In this document: positions 38,939 through 47,888 of the stretch, piece after piece | Layout of the letters: every line of letters begins with the position of its first letter | Numbering within the stretch: position 1 is the stretch's first letter | Virus record (IMG/VR): IMGVR_UViG_3300032288_004964 | Span: 321,334-385,333 of that record | DNA: 64,000 nucleotides | Direction: 5' to 3' (one strand) | The notes under the pieces: model-generated | Database searches by the model: none | The model's input: only the letters and a program-made list of their open reading frames with translations | Told to the model about the DNA's origin: nothing | Translations under genes and position numbers: made by a program

Positions 38939-38946
38939 TATATTTG
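38939..38946 (+). promoter_or_regulatory. Bacteroidota -7 element
   Basis: TATATTTG-taaa-ATG(38951). Confidence 0.8.
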
Positions 38947-38950
38947 TAAA

Positions 38951-39319
38951 ATGAGAAAAGAGAGTATTATTGAAATGATTGATAAAAGAATTGTAGATTC
39001 TTATGTTCAAGGTATTGCAACATCTTCTATTATAGAAGATATGAGTACTCGTATTAGAAATATGTCTACCGTTGTTAAAATGGAAGGACTTGATTTATCA
39101 ACTCTTCTTCAAAAAGAATTTGAAGAATTAGATAATGAGGATATTAAAGTAAGAGCAAAATATAGTGTATTTTATATTAAACACTCTACTCAAAGAATTA
39201 AAGATTTAAATTGGTTGGATTCTAAAAAGAAATCTTTTTTTGGATACTCAAATTCACAAATATTTAAGTTAATAAAACTAAAGGAAAAACTTTTAGTGAA
39301 ACATAGTATGCCGTTTTAA
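38951..39319 (+). CDS. hypothetical protein
   Basis: 122-aa ORF behind a promoter. Confidence 0.7.
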   Translation: MRKESIIEMIDKRIVDSYVQGIATSSIIEDMSTRIRNMSTVVKMEGLDLSTLLQKEFEELDNEDIKVRAKYSVFYIKHSTQRIKDLNWLDSKKKSFFGYSNSQIFKLIKLKEKLLVKHSMPF

Positions 39320-39352
39320 TAAACAAAGTTTCATTTTTTTCATAAAATAAAA

Positions 39353-39919
39353 ATGAAATTCTATTTAAACAAACCTATTATTTCCGAACAGGAAAAACTA
39401 TCTTGGGAAAAAGGTGATTTACCTAAAATGACATTATCTCAATATGAAATAATGGAAGGTAGTCTTGATGATATTGAACAACATATTATCAACTTTATAA
39501 AAAAATCATTTTCTGATATAAAGGAAGCTTTAGAAATAAATGAGTTTGAAGAAGCTTCTATAATAATGCCAGCTTTACAAATGTGTTCAGTTGATGAAAT
39601 AGATGTTATTGATATGAATATAGAAATAACAAATACAGAAGAAGATAGCTTACAATGGGCTCTAAAGAATTTATCAAATGGTTTAACTGATGAATTAGAA
39701 GAAGTTGAAGAAGATGAAGAAGTTGAAGAAGATATAGATGATGTGGGTGAAGTTATAATAGATGATACTGAGCAAGAAGAAACAGAAGAATCAGTAGAAG
39801 AAGATGCTGTTGAGCATATCTATGAAGAAACTGAGAACCCAACAGATGATGAGATATCTGAAATGGAAATGGATATAATCAGAAAGAGTCTTTTAGGAGA
39901 TGAAGATAAAACCATGTAA
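39353..39919 (+). CDS. very acidic hypothetical protein
   Basis: E/D-rich C-half (EEVEEDEEVEEDIDD). Confidence 0.75.
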   Translation: MKFYLNKPIISEQEKLSWEKGDLPKMTLSQYEIMEGSLDDIEQHIINFIKKSFSDIKEALEINEFEEASIIMPALQMCSVDEIDVIDMNIEITNTEEDSLQWALKNLSNGLTDELEEVEEDEEVEEDIDDVGEVIIDDTEQEETEESVEEDAVEHIYEETENPTDDEISEMEMDIIRKSLLGDEDKTM

Positions 39920-39972
39920 CATCATGATGATATTTCTATAATAAATACTGACGAAAATTGACATCGGATTTT

Positions 39973-40701
39973 TTATAGTCTGATCCATTCTCTGAATCTA
40001 ATTACAGATTCATGTAATGTTTCAACAAAATTAAACTCTTTAAGGAAAGTTGAGTATTCATCTTTATATCCTTTTTTAGTTTCATCAAACTTATCTTTAG
40101 TAAATTGCCAATTAAATGATAATTGATTTGGTGTTTTAAATCCAAAGAAACCTAATACTTCTTTTTCAAGTTTTACAGCTTCTTCACCATTCCAATTGTG
40201 ACCTACCGCAACTATACCACACTCTTTATCTTTTAATAAATTAGATTCACCTAAAGTAGCATGTCTATTTTCTAACCAAGTTAACCTTTCAATTAACTGA
40301 GTATAGATAGCATTCATCTTACCCCAACGGATTGAGCCGAAAAAGATAACTATATCAGCATCATAAATAGCATTTGCTACTTTGTGCATTTCATCTGATT
40401 TATTATTAACAGAAGCCCAACATCTAATAAACTTATTAGGATTATTACTCTTTAAAATAGAATCTTTGATACCACAAGTATTTCCTTTATGTGTTGATAC
40501 ATTACCCTCACAAGGAAATATTTTAAGCTTACTGACATTTATTATATCAACATTATCTAATCTCTTTTTAAGTTCATCTGCTATAATAGATGATTTAGGA
40601 AGTTCTTTTTCACCTTCCCATCTATTAGATGTGGTTAGAAAAACAATCTTTTTACCTTCTTGTTTCTTTAAATAATTATATAATCTTTTAAGCTTATCCA
40701 T
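39973..40701 (-). CDS. flavodoxin-fold NADPH-dependent FMN reductase / iron-sulfur flavoprotein-like
   Basis: FLTTSNR, IFPCEG, DADIVIFFGSIRWG, IERL, GIVAVG; TTATATATAC 4 nt before ATG. Confidence 0.75.
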   Translation of the reverse strand: MDKLKRLYNYLKKQEGKKIVFLTTSNRWEGEKELPKSSIIADELKKRLDNVDIINVSKLKIFPCEGNVSTHKGNTCGIKDSILKSNNPNKFIRCWASVNNKSDEMHKVANAIYDADIVIFFGSIRWGKMNAIYTQLIERLTWLENRHATLGESNLLKDKECGIVAVGHNWNGEEAVKLEKEVLGFFGFKTPNQLSFNWQFTKDKFDETKKGYKDEYSTFLKEFNFVETLHESVIRFREWIRL

Positions 40702-40749
40702 TAAAGTATATATAAATTTTTAATATATAAATAAAATCAAAATATTAAG

Positions 40750-40848
40750 ATGAAAAATAGAATAAGAAAATTTAACGAGTCAGATGAAAACTTTTATAGT
40801 ATATCTGATGAAAACGGAAATATGTCGTCCGGTAAGTTGATTTTATGA
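40750..40848 (+). CDS. 32-aa peptide with N-terminal tag, possibly a gene remnant
   Basis: MKNRIRKFNESDENFYSISDENGNMSSGKLIL; TAATATATAA at 40721. Confidence 0.4.
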   Translation: MKNRIRKFNESDENFYSISDENGNMSSGKLIL

Positions 40849-40890
40849 AAGATAAATAATTTATACCTTAAACAATACTAAACAAACTTT

Positions 40891-41457
40891 ATGAAACATT
40901 TAAAATATTTTGAAGCTAAAAAGAAAAATTATCAGGAATTACTAGATGAGTATGCTGAAGATATCATCAGAGTTTTACCTTTATATTATAATAATTTCTC
41001 AACTGATACTTTACATAATTATATTGATGAGTTAATATGGGAATGTAGAGAAGCGGATAGATTAAGAGGAGATGATGAAGTTTTAAGTGAAGAAGTTGTA
41101 AGAGTTTTGATAGATGAAATTAAAGAAGTAGCAGGTAGTTGGTCTTCATCAAAATTACTTGATATTTATTATGATTGTTTACCTCATGTTAAACATATAA
41201 ATAAAGATAAGGTTGAAGTATTAAAAGAGATATTTCTTGACTATTCAGATGAGGGTGGTGAAATATTAATAAGTAAGACAGCTAAATTCCGTGATGAAAG
41301 ATATGAAGTGAGATTAGAGTTGGAAAATGTATTTTTAAAAATAAACTTTGAAGAAGTTTTTGGTAGAGTTAAAGAATTTATGGGAATTGAAAGTTACCAT
41401 ATTACAGGAACAAAAGATTTAATAACAATTGAATTTTGGAAACCTTTACCAAAATAA
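40891..41457 (+). CDS. putative internal virion protein (N-terminal tag)
   Basis: MKHLKYFEA; LKEIFLDYSDEG module. Confidence 0.7.
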   Translation: MKHLKYFEAKKKNYQELLDEYAEDIIRVLPLYYNNFSTDTLHNYIDELIWECREADRLRGDDEVLSEEVVRVLIDEIKEVAGSWSSSKLLDIYYDCLPHVKHINKDKVEVLKEIFLDYSDEGGEILISKTAKFRDERYEVRLELENVFLKINFEEVFGRVKEFMGIESYHITGTKDLITIEFWKPLPK

Positions 41458-41483
41458 AAAACCCACTTTAGAGTGGGTTTTTT
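41456..41483. terminator. bidirectional intrinsic terminator
   Basis: aaaaaacccact-ttag-agtgggtttttt. Confidence 0.85.
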
Positions 41484-41484
41484 A

Positions 41485-42459
41485 TTAGTTAATCATATTA
41501 TTATCTACTCTTTCTTTTAATTTCTGAATTGCTCTTGTTAATTCTCCTCCTACTTGAACAATAACTGGGTGGTTAAAGTCTGATAGTGAATTTGCTATAT
41601 TAGCAATATTTCTAACCTCTGCCTCAATTCCTTTTAGTTCAGCTTCTAAATCTGAGTAAATTTTACTTTTATTAGCTTCAGTAATTTCATTCATTTTAGA
41701 TTCTAATTTAGATTCTAATTCTTTAACCTTTTTGAATCCAGATTCTAGTTCTTTTTCTCTCTTAGAAAGGTCAGCTAAATCTGAATCAATCTTAGATTGA
41801 AGTTCTGCATATTTAGAATCATATTCTTTAGCTGATGAAAGTGCAGTTCTATCAAGATTTCTTTCTCTCTCATTTAACTCTTGAGTTTTATCTTGTAAAT
41901 CTAATTCTTTTTCAGTTATAGTTCTTGTTCTAGATCTTAACTCATCATCTTTCTTTTCAATAACTTTAAGATCCAATTTATATTCGTCTTCTCTTTTCTC
42001 AACTCTTTTAACTCTGATATCAAGTTCATCTTCTTTATCCTTGATTCTTCTTTCTCTTGAGTCTAAATCTGTTTCTCTTCTATCAAGGTCTCTTTTAAAT
42101 GTATTTAATTCAGACTCTCTTTTTTCAACATCCTTCATTAAGGTAGGATCGGTGGATGGTCCACTTGATTGTTGAATAGAAGACATAACCATCTCTTCAA
42201 AAAATGGAATTAATTTTTTACCAAGTTGAGCTGGTTGAGGCATTTTATTAACTTTCATGAAAGTCATTAATTCTGCTTTCCAATCTATGATTTCGAAAAA
42301 TTCGGGGTTATTATCAATAATTGCTTTATCAATAGGTATTAATTCACTTTTAACTTTATGAATATACTCTTCTAAAATAGTTCCAGACTTAAGGATAAAT
42401 ATTTTCTTATCAGGACTTAAATACTGAAAATCATTTATTACTTTATGTTTAATTTTCAT
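41485..42459 (-). CDS. long coiled-coil protein
   Basis: RESEL/RETDL/REDEY/RERNL charged repeats. Confidence 0.75.
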   Translation of the reverse strand: MKIKHKVINDFQYLSPDKKIFILKSGTILEEYIHKVKSELIPIDKAIIDNNPEFFEIIDWKAELMTFMKVNKMPQPAQLGKKLIPFFEEMVMSSIQQSSGPSTDPTLMKDVEKRESELNTFKRDLDRRETDLDSRERRIKDKEDELDIRVKRVEKREDEYKLDLKVIEKKDDELRSRTRTITEKELDLQDKTQELNERERNLDRTALSSAKEYDSKYAELQSKIDSDLADLSKREKELESGFKKVKELESKLESKMNEITEANKSKIYSDLEAELKGIEAEVRNIANIANSLSDFNHPVIVQVGGELTRAIQKLKERVDNNMIN

Positions 42460-42518
42460 TTCAAAAAATGTATTTTGTTTTATATATTAAAAAATGTTGA
42501 TTTTGTTTATTTTTTTAG

Positions 42519-42526
42519 TATATTTG
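42519..42526 (+). promoter_or_regulatory. Bacteroidota -7 element
   Basis: TATATTTG-tgta-ATG(42531). Confidence 0.8.
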
Positions 42527-42530
42527 TGTA

Positions 42531-43001
42531 ATGGAAAAAAACCAGTTAAATAACTTAATTAGATTCTGTTTTAATTTCCATAGAAGTATGGATTGTGACT
42601 GGACTATGCAACATCCAAGTTATATTTTAGAGAAGTGGAATAAGTATATTGGTGTTAAACCTAATAAGTTAGAATTATATCCATCTAATGACCTGACTAT
42701 CAAGTGGTTAAAAACTTGGAATGTTAGTAATAAAGATTGGGAAGAGTTAAAAGAGATTGTTACTTTTATTCAAGTTGTTAATATGAGAGCACTTGTTGTA
42801 TCTAGTGGAAATAAAGGTAATAGATTTATACAATGGTCACCATCTGAACTATTAGATGAATTTGAAAGATTGATTGGTGATAAAAATAAAATAAACAAAG
42901 ATGAATATAAAGGTTTGCATGAACTAGTTGATAGAGAAGTTGAATATTGGCTATGGCAAACAGATAACAAAAGAGATTATAATTTAAATTTATTAGTATA
43001 A
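42531..43001 (+). CDS. hypothetical protein with C-terminal tail motif
   Basis: ends NKRDYNLNLLV. Confidence 0.75.
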   Translation: MEKNQLNNLIRFCFNFHRSMDCDWTMQHPSYILEKWNKYIGVKPNKLELYPSNDLTIKWLKTWNVSNKDWEELKEIVTFIQVVNMRALVVSSGNKGNRFIQWSPSELLDEFERLIGDKNKINKDEYKGLHELVDREVEYWLWQTDNKRDYNLNLLV

Positions 43002-43210
43002 GTAAGAGAACCTATCGCTGGTGAAAACTGGAGGAAGTTCGCGACTACAGAACCTAACACGGGAGAATAAGTAGAGAAATTGAAAGTTCGTTTGTACCGA
43101 GGAAGTAGCAACACATACAGATCTAGAGTGTCGGTTCCTCTATGATGATCGGGTTGTGGCATAGATAAATGATAGGATAGAACAGAATCGTGGCTAAGCT
43201 CAACTTTACT
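43001..43210 (+). ncRNA. rnpB: RNase P RNA, compact form
   Basis: CR-I GAGGAAGTTCGCGA; CR-IV/V TAGATAAATGA...AACAGAATCGTGGCTAA; P4 AGT(T)CGCGA pairs with TCGTGGCT with the bulged U; P2 CCTATC/GATAGG; P3 GAAA hairpin; AAGTAGCAACAC resembles CR-II. Confidence 0.85.
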
Positions 43211-43257
43211 GATAAATTTTATAAAACAAAATATAAACAATAAAAAAACAAAACAAA

Positions 43258-43538
43258 ATGAAAACAATTAAATTTTTACTATTGGCTCTTGCCATCACAT
43301 CACTAACTTCTTGTTTGGTTGGAAAGTTAAAATCACTTATCATCAAACATCTGGTTATAACTGGTTTAATAATAGAGGTGAAACTAATCATTTTGTAACT
43401 AGTGTCCAAGTACTAGATAAAAACCCAATCGGTCACGCTTTTGGTAACAACACAGATGATAAAAAATCAAATTGTGATTGTAAAGTAAGTGGTAAGGTAA
43501 TAGATACCATTTATGTAGTGATTGATAAAACTAAATAA
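43258..43538 (+). pseudogene. lipoprotein gene with a 1-nt frameshift near 43316
   Basis: MKTIKFLLLALAITSLTSC lipobox in one frame, GWKVKITYHQ... in another; one extra T in tgtttgg restores C-F-G-W. Confidence 0.65.
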
Positions 43539-44299
43539 TGAAAGAAAATAATAATAATTTCAGTAATGAAATAAGAGACCTGCGATTAGCAGTTCTAATA
43601 GATGCAGACAATGTTCCGTATTCTAATGTAAAACAAATGTTTGAGGAGATTGCAAAATATGGAACTCCGACATTTAAAAGAATTTATGCAGACTGGACTA
43701 AACCAACCGTATCTGGTTGGAAAACCGTTCTGCTTGAAAATGCAATCACACCAATTCAACAATACAGTTACTCTACTGGTAAAAATTCAAGTGATAGTGC
43801 TATGATTATTGATGCGATGGATATACTTTACTCTGGTAAAGTTGATGGATTTTGTATTGTATCAAGTGATAGTGACTTCACAAGACTTGCTACAAGATTA
43901 AGAGAAGCTGGTATGAAAGTAATTGGTATTGGTGAAAAGAAAACACTAAAACCATTTATTGTTAGTTGTGATAAGTTTATTTACTTTGAAATCTTAAAAG
44001 CAAATAAAAATGTAACTGAAGGTGCTGTTGCTGCGGCTACTGAGACAACATCTAAAGTAGATAAAGAATTAATTCATTTAATTAATGATAGTATTTCTGA
44101 CTTAGCTGATGAAACAGGATGGGCCTTCTTAGGTATGTTAGGAACTTTAATCTTAAAAAAGAAACCAGATTTTGACTCAAGAAACTATGGATTTGAGAAA
44201 CTACTTCCATTCTTAAAGAGTCTAAAGAAATTTGAGATTGATGAAAGGGAAACTGGTAAAGGTAAAACAAAACATGTTTATATAAAAACTATTTCATAA
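43538..44299 (+). CDS. NYN (LabA/DUF88) PIN-like ribonuclease with C-terminal OST-HTH/LOTUS domain
   Basis: AVLIDADN, KNSSDSAMIIDAM, SSDSDFTRL, PDFDSRNYGF.KL. Confidence 0.9.
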   Translation: MKENNNNFSNEIRDLRLAVLIDADNVPYSNVKQMFEEIAKYGTPTFKRIYADWTKPTVSGWKTVLLENAITPIQQYSYSTGKNSSDSAMIIDAMDILYSGKVDGFCIVSSDSDFTRLATRLREAGMKVIGIGEKKTLKPFIVSCDKFIYFEILKANKNVTEGAVAAATETTSKVDKELIHLINDSISDLADETGWAFLGMLGTLILKKKPDFDSRNYGFEKLLPFLKSLKKFEIDERETGKGKTKHVYIKTIS

Positions 44300-44721
44300 T
44301 GTTAAATAATAAAAATAAACAAATAATTGATACACTTATTGAAGTAACTAAAAGTGGTGACTTGGTGTGGATAGAAACTGATTCTACTTCTGATAAAAGA
44401 AAACATCAAAGGGATATGCACGCCTTTGGTGAAGATGGTACTAAATATGAAACTCAAGTTAGATTTCATATTGTCAATTCTACTTTCGTGTTAGAATCTA
44501 GTCCTTCTTTGTGGATTAAAAATAAAGACTTACCGGGTGGTTCTTATTACATATATGGAGGTAGTAATGATCTTACTTCCTTAAGAGATGTTATTAAAGA
44601 AAAATATTGCTCAGATATGAATCCTATGATTCAAGATTTAGAAGACCAACTTGAGCAAATATGTAAAGGTATTTCTATTTCTACTTATAGAGATAATAAG
44701 ATAAATAAGATAATAGATTAA
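44299..44721 (+). CDS. hypothetical protein with C-terminal tail motif
   Basis: ends YRDNKINKIID. Confidence 0.75.
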   Translation: MLNNKNKQIIDTLIEVTKSGDLVWIETDSTSDKRKHQRDMHAFGEDGTKYETQVRFHIVNSTFVLESSPSLWIKNKDLPGGSYYIYGGSNDLTSLRDVIKEKYCSDMNPMIQDLEDQLEQICKGISISTYRDNKINKIID

Positions 44722-44735
44722 TTGATATATACAAA

Positions 44736-45359
44736 ATGGATTTAAGTATAACAATATTAGTATTATTTTTAACAATAGTTCCTTTATTTATCGCTTACTT
44801 TCTTGGTTCAATACCAACATCGGTTTGGATAAGTAAATGGATATATGGAATTGACATCAGAGAATTTGGAAGTAAAAATGCAGGTGCTACAAACACTCTT
44901 AGAGTATTAGGCAAATGGGCAGCAATTCCTGTTTTAGTCATAGATATTTTAAAAGGATTCTTTGCAGTTTATATAACACATTATACTATTATGATGGATA
45001 ATACAGCTGTCATGTGTTTATTAGGACTTTTTGCTATTATTGGTCATATATTTCCAATTTTTGCTAAATTTAGAGGTGGTAAAGGAGTTGCTACAACATT
45101 AGGTGTTTCAATTGCTTTATTTCCAATAGCTACTTTGATATCTATTTTTGTATTTTTAATATCTGTTATTTATTATAGAATTGTATCATTATCATCAATC
45201 ATCGCTAGTCTTTTACTTCCAATATTTGTTTACTTCTTAACGGATAATCAAACTTTAGTAGACTTTTCAATGTTTATACCTGTTTTGTTTATAATAACAC
45301 ATCATAAAAATATTAAAAGAATAATTAATAAATCAGAACCTAAATTTACCTTACTATGA
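44736..45359 (+). CDS. plsY: glycerol-3-phosphate acyltransferase PlsY
   Basis: AYFLGSIP, DIREFGSKNAGATN, DILKG, GHIFP, FRGGKGVAT, HHKNIKR. Confidence 0.93.
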   Translation: MDLSITILVLFLTIVPLFIAYFLGSIPTSVWISKWIYGIDIREFGSKNAGATNTLRVLGKWAAIPVLVIDILKGFFAVYITHYTIMMDNTAVMCLLGLFAIIGHIFPIFAKFRGGKGVATTLGVSIALFPIATLISIFVFLISVIYYRIVSLSSIIASLLLPIFVYFLTDNQTLVDFSMFIPVLFIITHHKNIKRIINKSEPKFTLL

Positions 45360-45688
45360 GTAGTTGGAGTGAAAGATTCTTAAAGCCTTGTCCTTATTGT
45401 AATGGTAAGATTACAGATCACTCTTATGATAGAAGAATAGTTTTCAAGTGTATTCCTTGTAATCTATATAAAGATTATCCAGGTTTACTACAAACTAAAG
45501 TAAGTCCTGTTCCTGTTCCTTATGTAGATAAAGATGGTAGTCCAGTAGATCCAAAAGATGTTAAGAATCAAGAATATTACCACCAAAATGCTAATGAGGA
45601 AGCAATTGATGAATTTAATAAATGGGTAGATAAAGAAAATCTACAAAAAACTAGAGAAGAAAAACTAACAAAAATATTTAATACATAA
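45356..45688 (+). CDS. Zn-finger protein (Lar-like start) with C-terminal tail motif
   Basis: LKPCPYCNG...CIPC; ends TREEKLTKIFNT. Confidence 0.6.
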   Translation: MSSWSERFLKPCPYCNGKITDHSYDRRIVFKCIPCNLYKDYPGLLQTKVSPVPVPYVDKDGSPVDPKDVKNQEYYHQNANEEAIDEFNKWVDKENLQKTREEKLTKIFNT

Positions 45689-45693
45689 ACCCA

Positions 45694-45927
45694 ATGAAAA
45701 AACTAATAATCTTATCACTGTTTTTTGGAGCTTGTAGTAGTCCAAAAATTAAAGAGGTTGTGCCTCATGTTGTAACAAGTATTGATACTGATCAGGTATT
45801 TGATCCAGTTACTCAACAATATCAAAATATGTATATCATTAAAATAGATGATAGTATTAAAACAAGTGTTTCAAGAAATCCGTATAAAGTAGGAGATACC
45901 GTTAACTTCCTTTATTATGGTTATTAA
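45694..45927 (+). CDS. small lipoprotein
   Basis: MKKLIILSLFFGAC lipobox. Confidence 0.7.
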   Translation: MKKLIILSLFFGACSSPKIKEVVPHVVTSIDTDQVFDPVTQQYQNMYIIKIDDSIKTSVSRNPYKVGDTVNFLYYGY

Positions 45928-45963
45928 TTAAACTTTATTATTATTTTATTCTAAAATGTAATA

Positions 45964-46782
45964 ATGGAAATTAATAAAATATACCAAGGAAACTCCTTAG
46001 ACCTACTTAAACAGATGCCTGATAACTCAGTTGATCTTGTTATCACATCACCTCCCTATGCTGACTTAAAAGTTTACATAGATAATCCAGGAATACTCGC
46101 AGATGATTATGTAGAATGGTTTTTACCATTTTGTAATGAGATATGTAGAGTTATAAAACCAACAGGTTCTTTTATTCTAAATATTAATGATAAAGTAGAA
46201 AATGGATTTAGACATCCTTATGTTTATGATCTAATATCAGCAATTCACAAGAAAACAGATTTAAAAATGTTTGAAAGATTATTTTGGAATAAAATGAAAG
46301 GTCTTCCAAATAGGAGTAGATTTGGTGATAGAGTTGAATATATATTCTGGTTTGCTAAAGAAAAAGGATTTCAGTTTTATATAGATGAAATGAGAACCGA
46401 GTATGCTCAGAAATCTATTGAGAGAATGAAGAATCCTCTTAAAAAGAGATTTGCTAGAGATAAAGATAATCAAGATGCTAATGATTATAAGGATTGGGAA
46501 CCAAATCCAAAAGGAGCTCTTCCAACTACATTGGTTAGTATATCATCTGAGTCTAAAAGAATTGCTGATAATCATGTAGCGGTTTATCCAGTAGAATTAG
46601 TTAAATACTTTATAAAAGGAGCAACTAAAGAAGGTGATTTAGTTTTAGATCCGTTTATGGGTACTGGAACAACTGGACTAGCTGCTAAGTTACTAAATAG
46701 AAATTGGATGGGATTTGAAATGCAAAGTGATTATATATCGCTTGCTGAAAAAAGAATAGGTGATTATGTGGAGAATATCTAA
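45964..46782 (+). CDS. orphan beta-class DNA methyltransferase (SPPY, probably N4-cytosine)
   Basis: LVITSPPY (motif IV) precedes VLDPFMGTGTT (motif I). Confidence 0.92.
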   Translation: MEINKIYQGNSLDLLKQMPDNSVDLVITSPPYADLKVYIDNPGILADDYVEWFLPFCNEICRVIKPTGSFILNINDKVENGFRHPYVYDLISAIHKKTDLKMFERLFWNKMKGLPNRSRFGDRVEYIFWFAKEKGFQFYIDEMRTEYAQKSIERMKNPLKKRFARDKDNQDANDYKDWEPNPKGALPTTLVSISSESKRIADNHVAVYPVELVKYFIKGATKEGDLVLDPFMGTGTTGLAAKLLNRNWMGFEMQSDYISLAEKRIGDYVENI

Positions 46783-47032
46783 GGAAACAAGTAAGATTAA
46801 ATCAATTAAAAGAGGTGACTATGATGTTGATAGTGTAATTGTTATACCTGGTGTATGTTCTTATGAGAATGTTTATACAAAGCAAAACTTTTTATATTTC
46901 TCAAATAGTGATTATAATAAAACAATATCTGTTGAGTTTGTATCAGAGGGTGATCTTGATAGATTCTTTACTCAGATATTTAGAGATAATAAATTAAATC
47001 AAATATTAGGTGATACTAAAGATAAAAAATAA
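46760..47032 (+). CDS. hypothetical protein with C-terminal tail motif
   Basis: ends FRDNKLNQILGD. Confidence 0.7.
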   Translation: MIMWRISKETSKIKSIKRGDYDVDSVIVIPGVCSYENVYTKQNFLYFSNSDYNKTISVEFVSEGDLDRFFTQIFRDNKLNQILGDTKDKK

Positions 47033-47040
47033 TTTTATGG

Positions 47041-47334
47041 TTGAAAGTTTATTGTAAAAGAACCTATCTCGATACAAATCAAAACTTCTTTAAGATAAGA
47101 GGTAAAGGTTATGGTGAAAGTTATGCTAAGTGGGAAAAGAATAAGTATTATTCAATAAGACTACCACAAGATATAGAAAGAAAAATGGGCATTTTCTATT
47201 ATATACAAACCGAAGTAAATGAAGATAGTTATTCACCAATAAAGAAAAAAGAATTTGAAAAGTACTTTATAGATATAGATGAATTAAGAAATAATAAAAT
47301 AGAACAAATATTAAATGGAACCTCTGAAATTTAA
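47041..47334 (+). CDS. hypothetical protein with C-terminal tail motif (TTG start)
   Basis: ends ELRNNKIEQIL; similar to 50171-50464. Confidence 0.7.
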   Translation: MKVYCKRTYLDTNQNFFKIRGKGYGESYAKWEKNKYYSIRLPQDIERKMGIFYYIQTEVNEDSYSPIKKKEFEKYFIDIDELRNNKIEQILNGTSEI

Positions 47335-47836
47335 CATACAAAATGTAATTTGTATACCAATAAAATCAATGAATGAGCAACAATTGTTTGCTGTTTCTGA
47401 AACATATACAATTGCGTTTACCGCCTTAATGTCTTTCAAAAAAGATGGATTTGAAAAAATCTGGCTTGAGAAAGATGGTGATTATGCTATTGCATTTGAA
47501 ATTGATGGTGAGTTTTCAATAAATCCTATGTACTGTCCTATTACAAAAAAGAATAGAGATTCTATACTTAAGGTTAAACCAATTAAGTCACCTAAGATGC
47601 CAAAGGATGAGAGATCGGTTGGAGCTTATAAGTATTATTTATCTAAAGGATTTGATGTTAAAACTAAGAGTTTAGATAGAAAAGTTGAATACTTAGATAA
47701 TGTCGAAGATGTTGAAGAAATTAATGAAGAGATAATTTTAGATGTTGATATTATTTTGGATAAGATATCTAAATTAGGTGTCGGGTCTTTGAGTAAAGAA
47801 GAAAAGGAATTCTTAGATAATAAAAGCAAAAGTTAA
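47315..47836 (+). CDS. hypothetical protein with DUF6576-like C-terminal helix hairpin
   Basis: VDIILDKISKLGVGSLSKEEKEFL. Confidence 0.7.
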   Translation: MEPLKFNIQNVICIPIKSMNEQQLFAVSETYTIAFTALMSFKKDGFEKIWLEKDGDYAIAFEIDGEFSINPMYCPITKKNRDSILKVKPIKSPKMPKDERSVGAYKYYLSKGFDVKTKSLDRKVEYLDNVEDVEEINEEIILDVDIILDKISKLGVGSLSKEEKEFLDNKSKS

Positions 47837-47888
47837 TCAATTAAACTTTTGTAATTAAATAAAATACAACTTATTAATATTATTAAAA

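Noticed and set aside
42977-43409. ORFs 42977-43267 and 43206-43409 (minus)
   Set aside because: Antisense to the RNase P RNA and the lipoprotein gene; low-complexity translations
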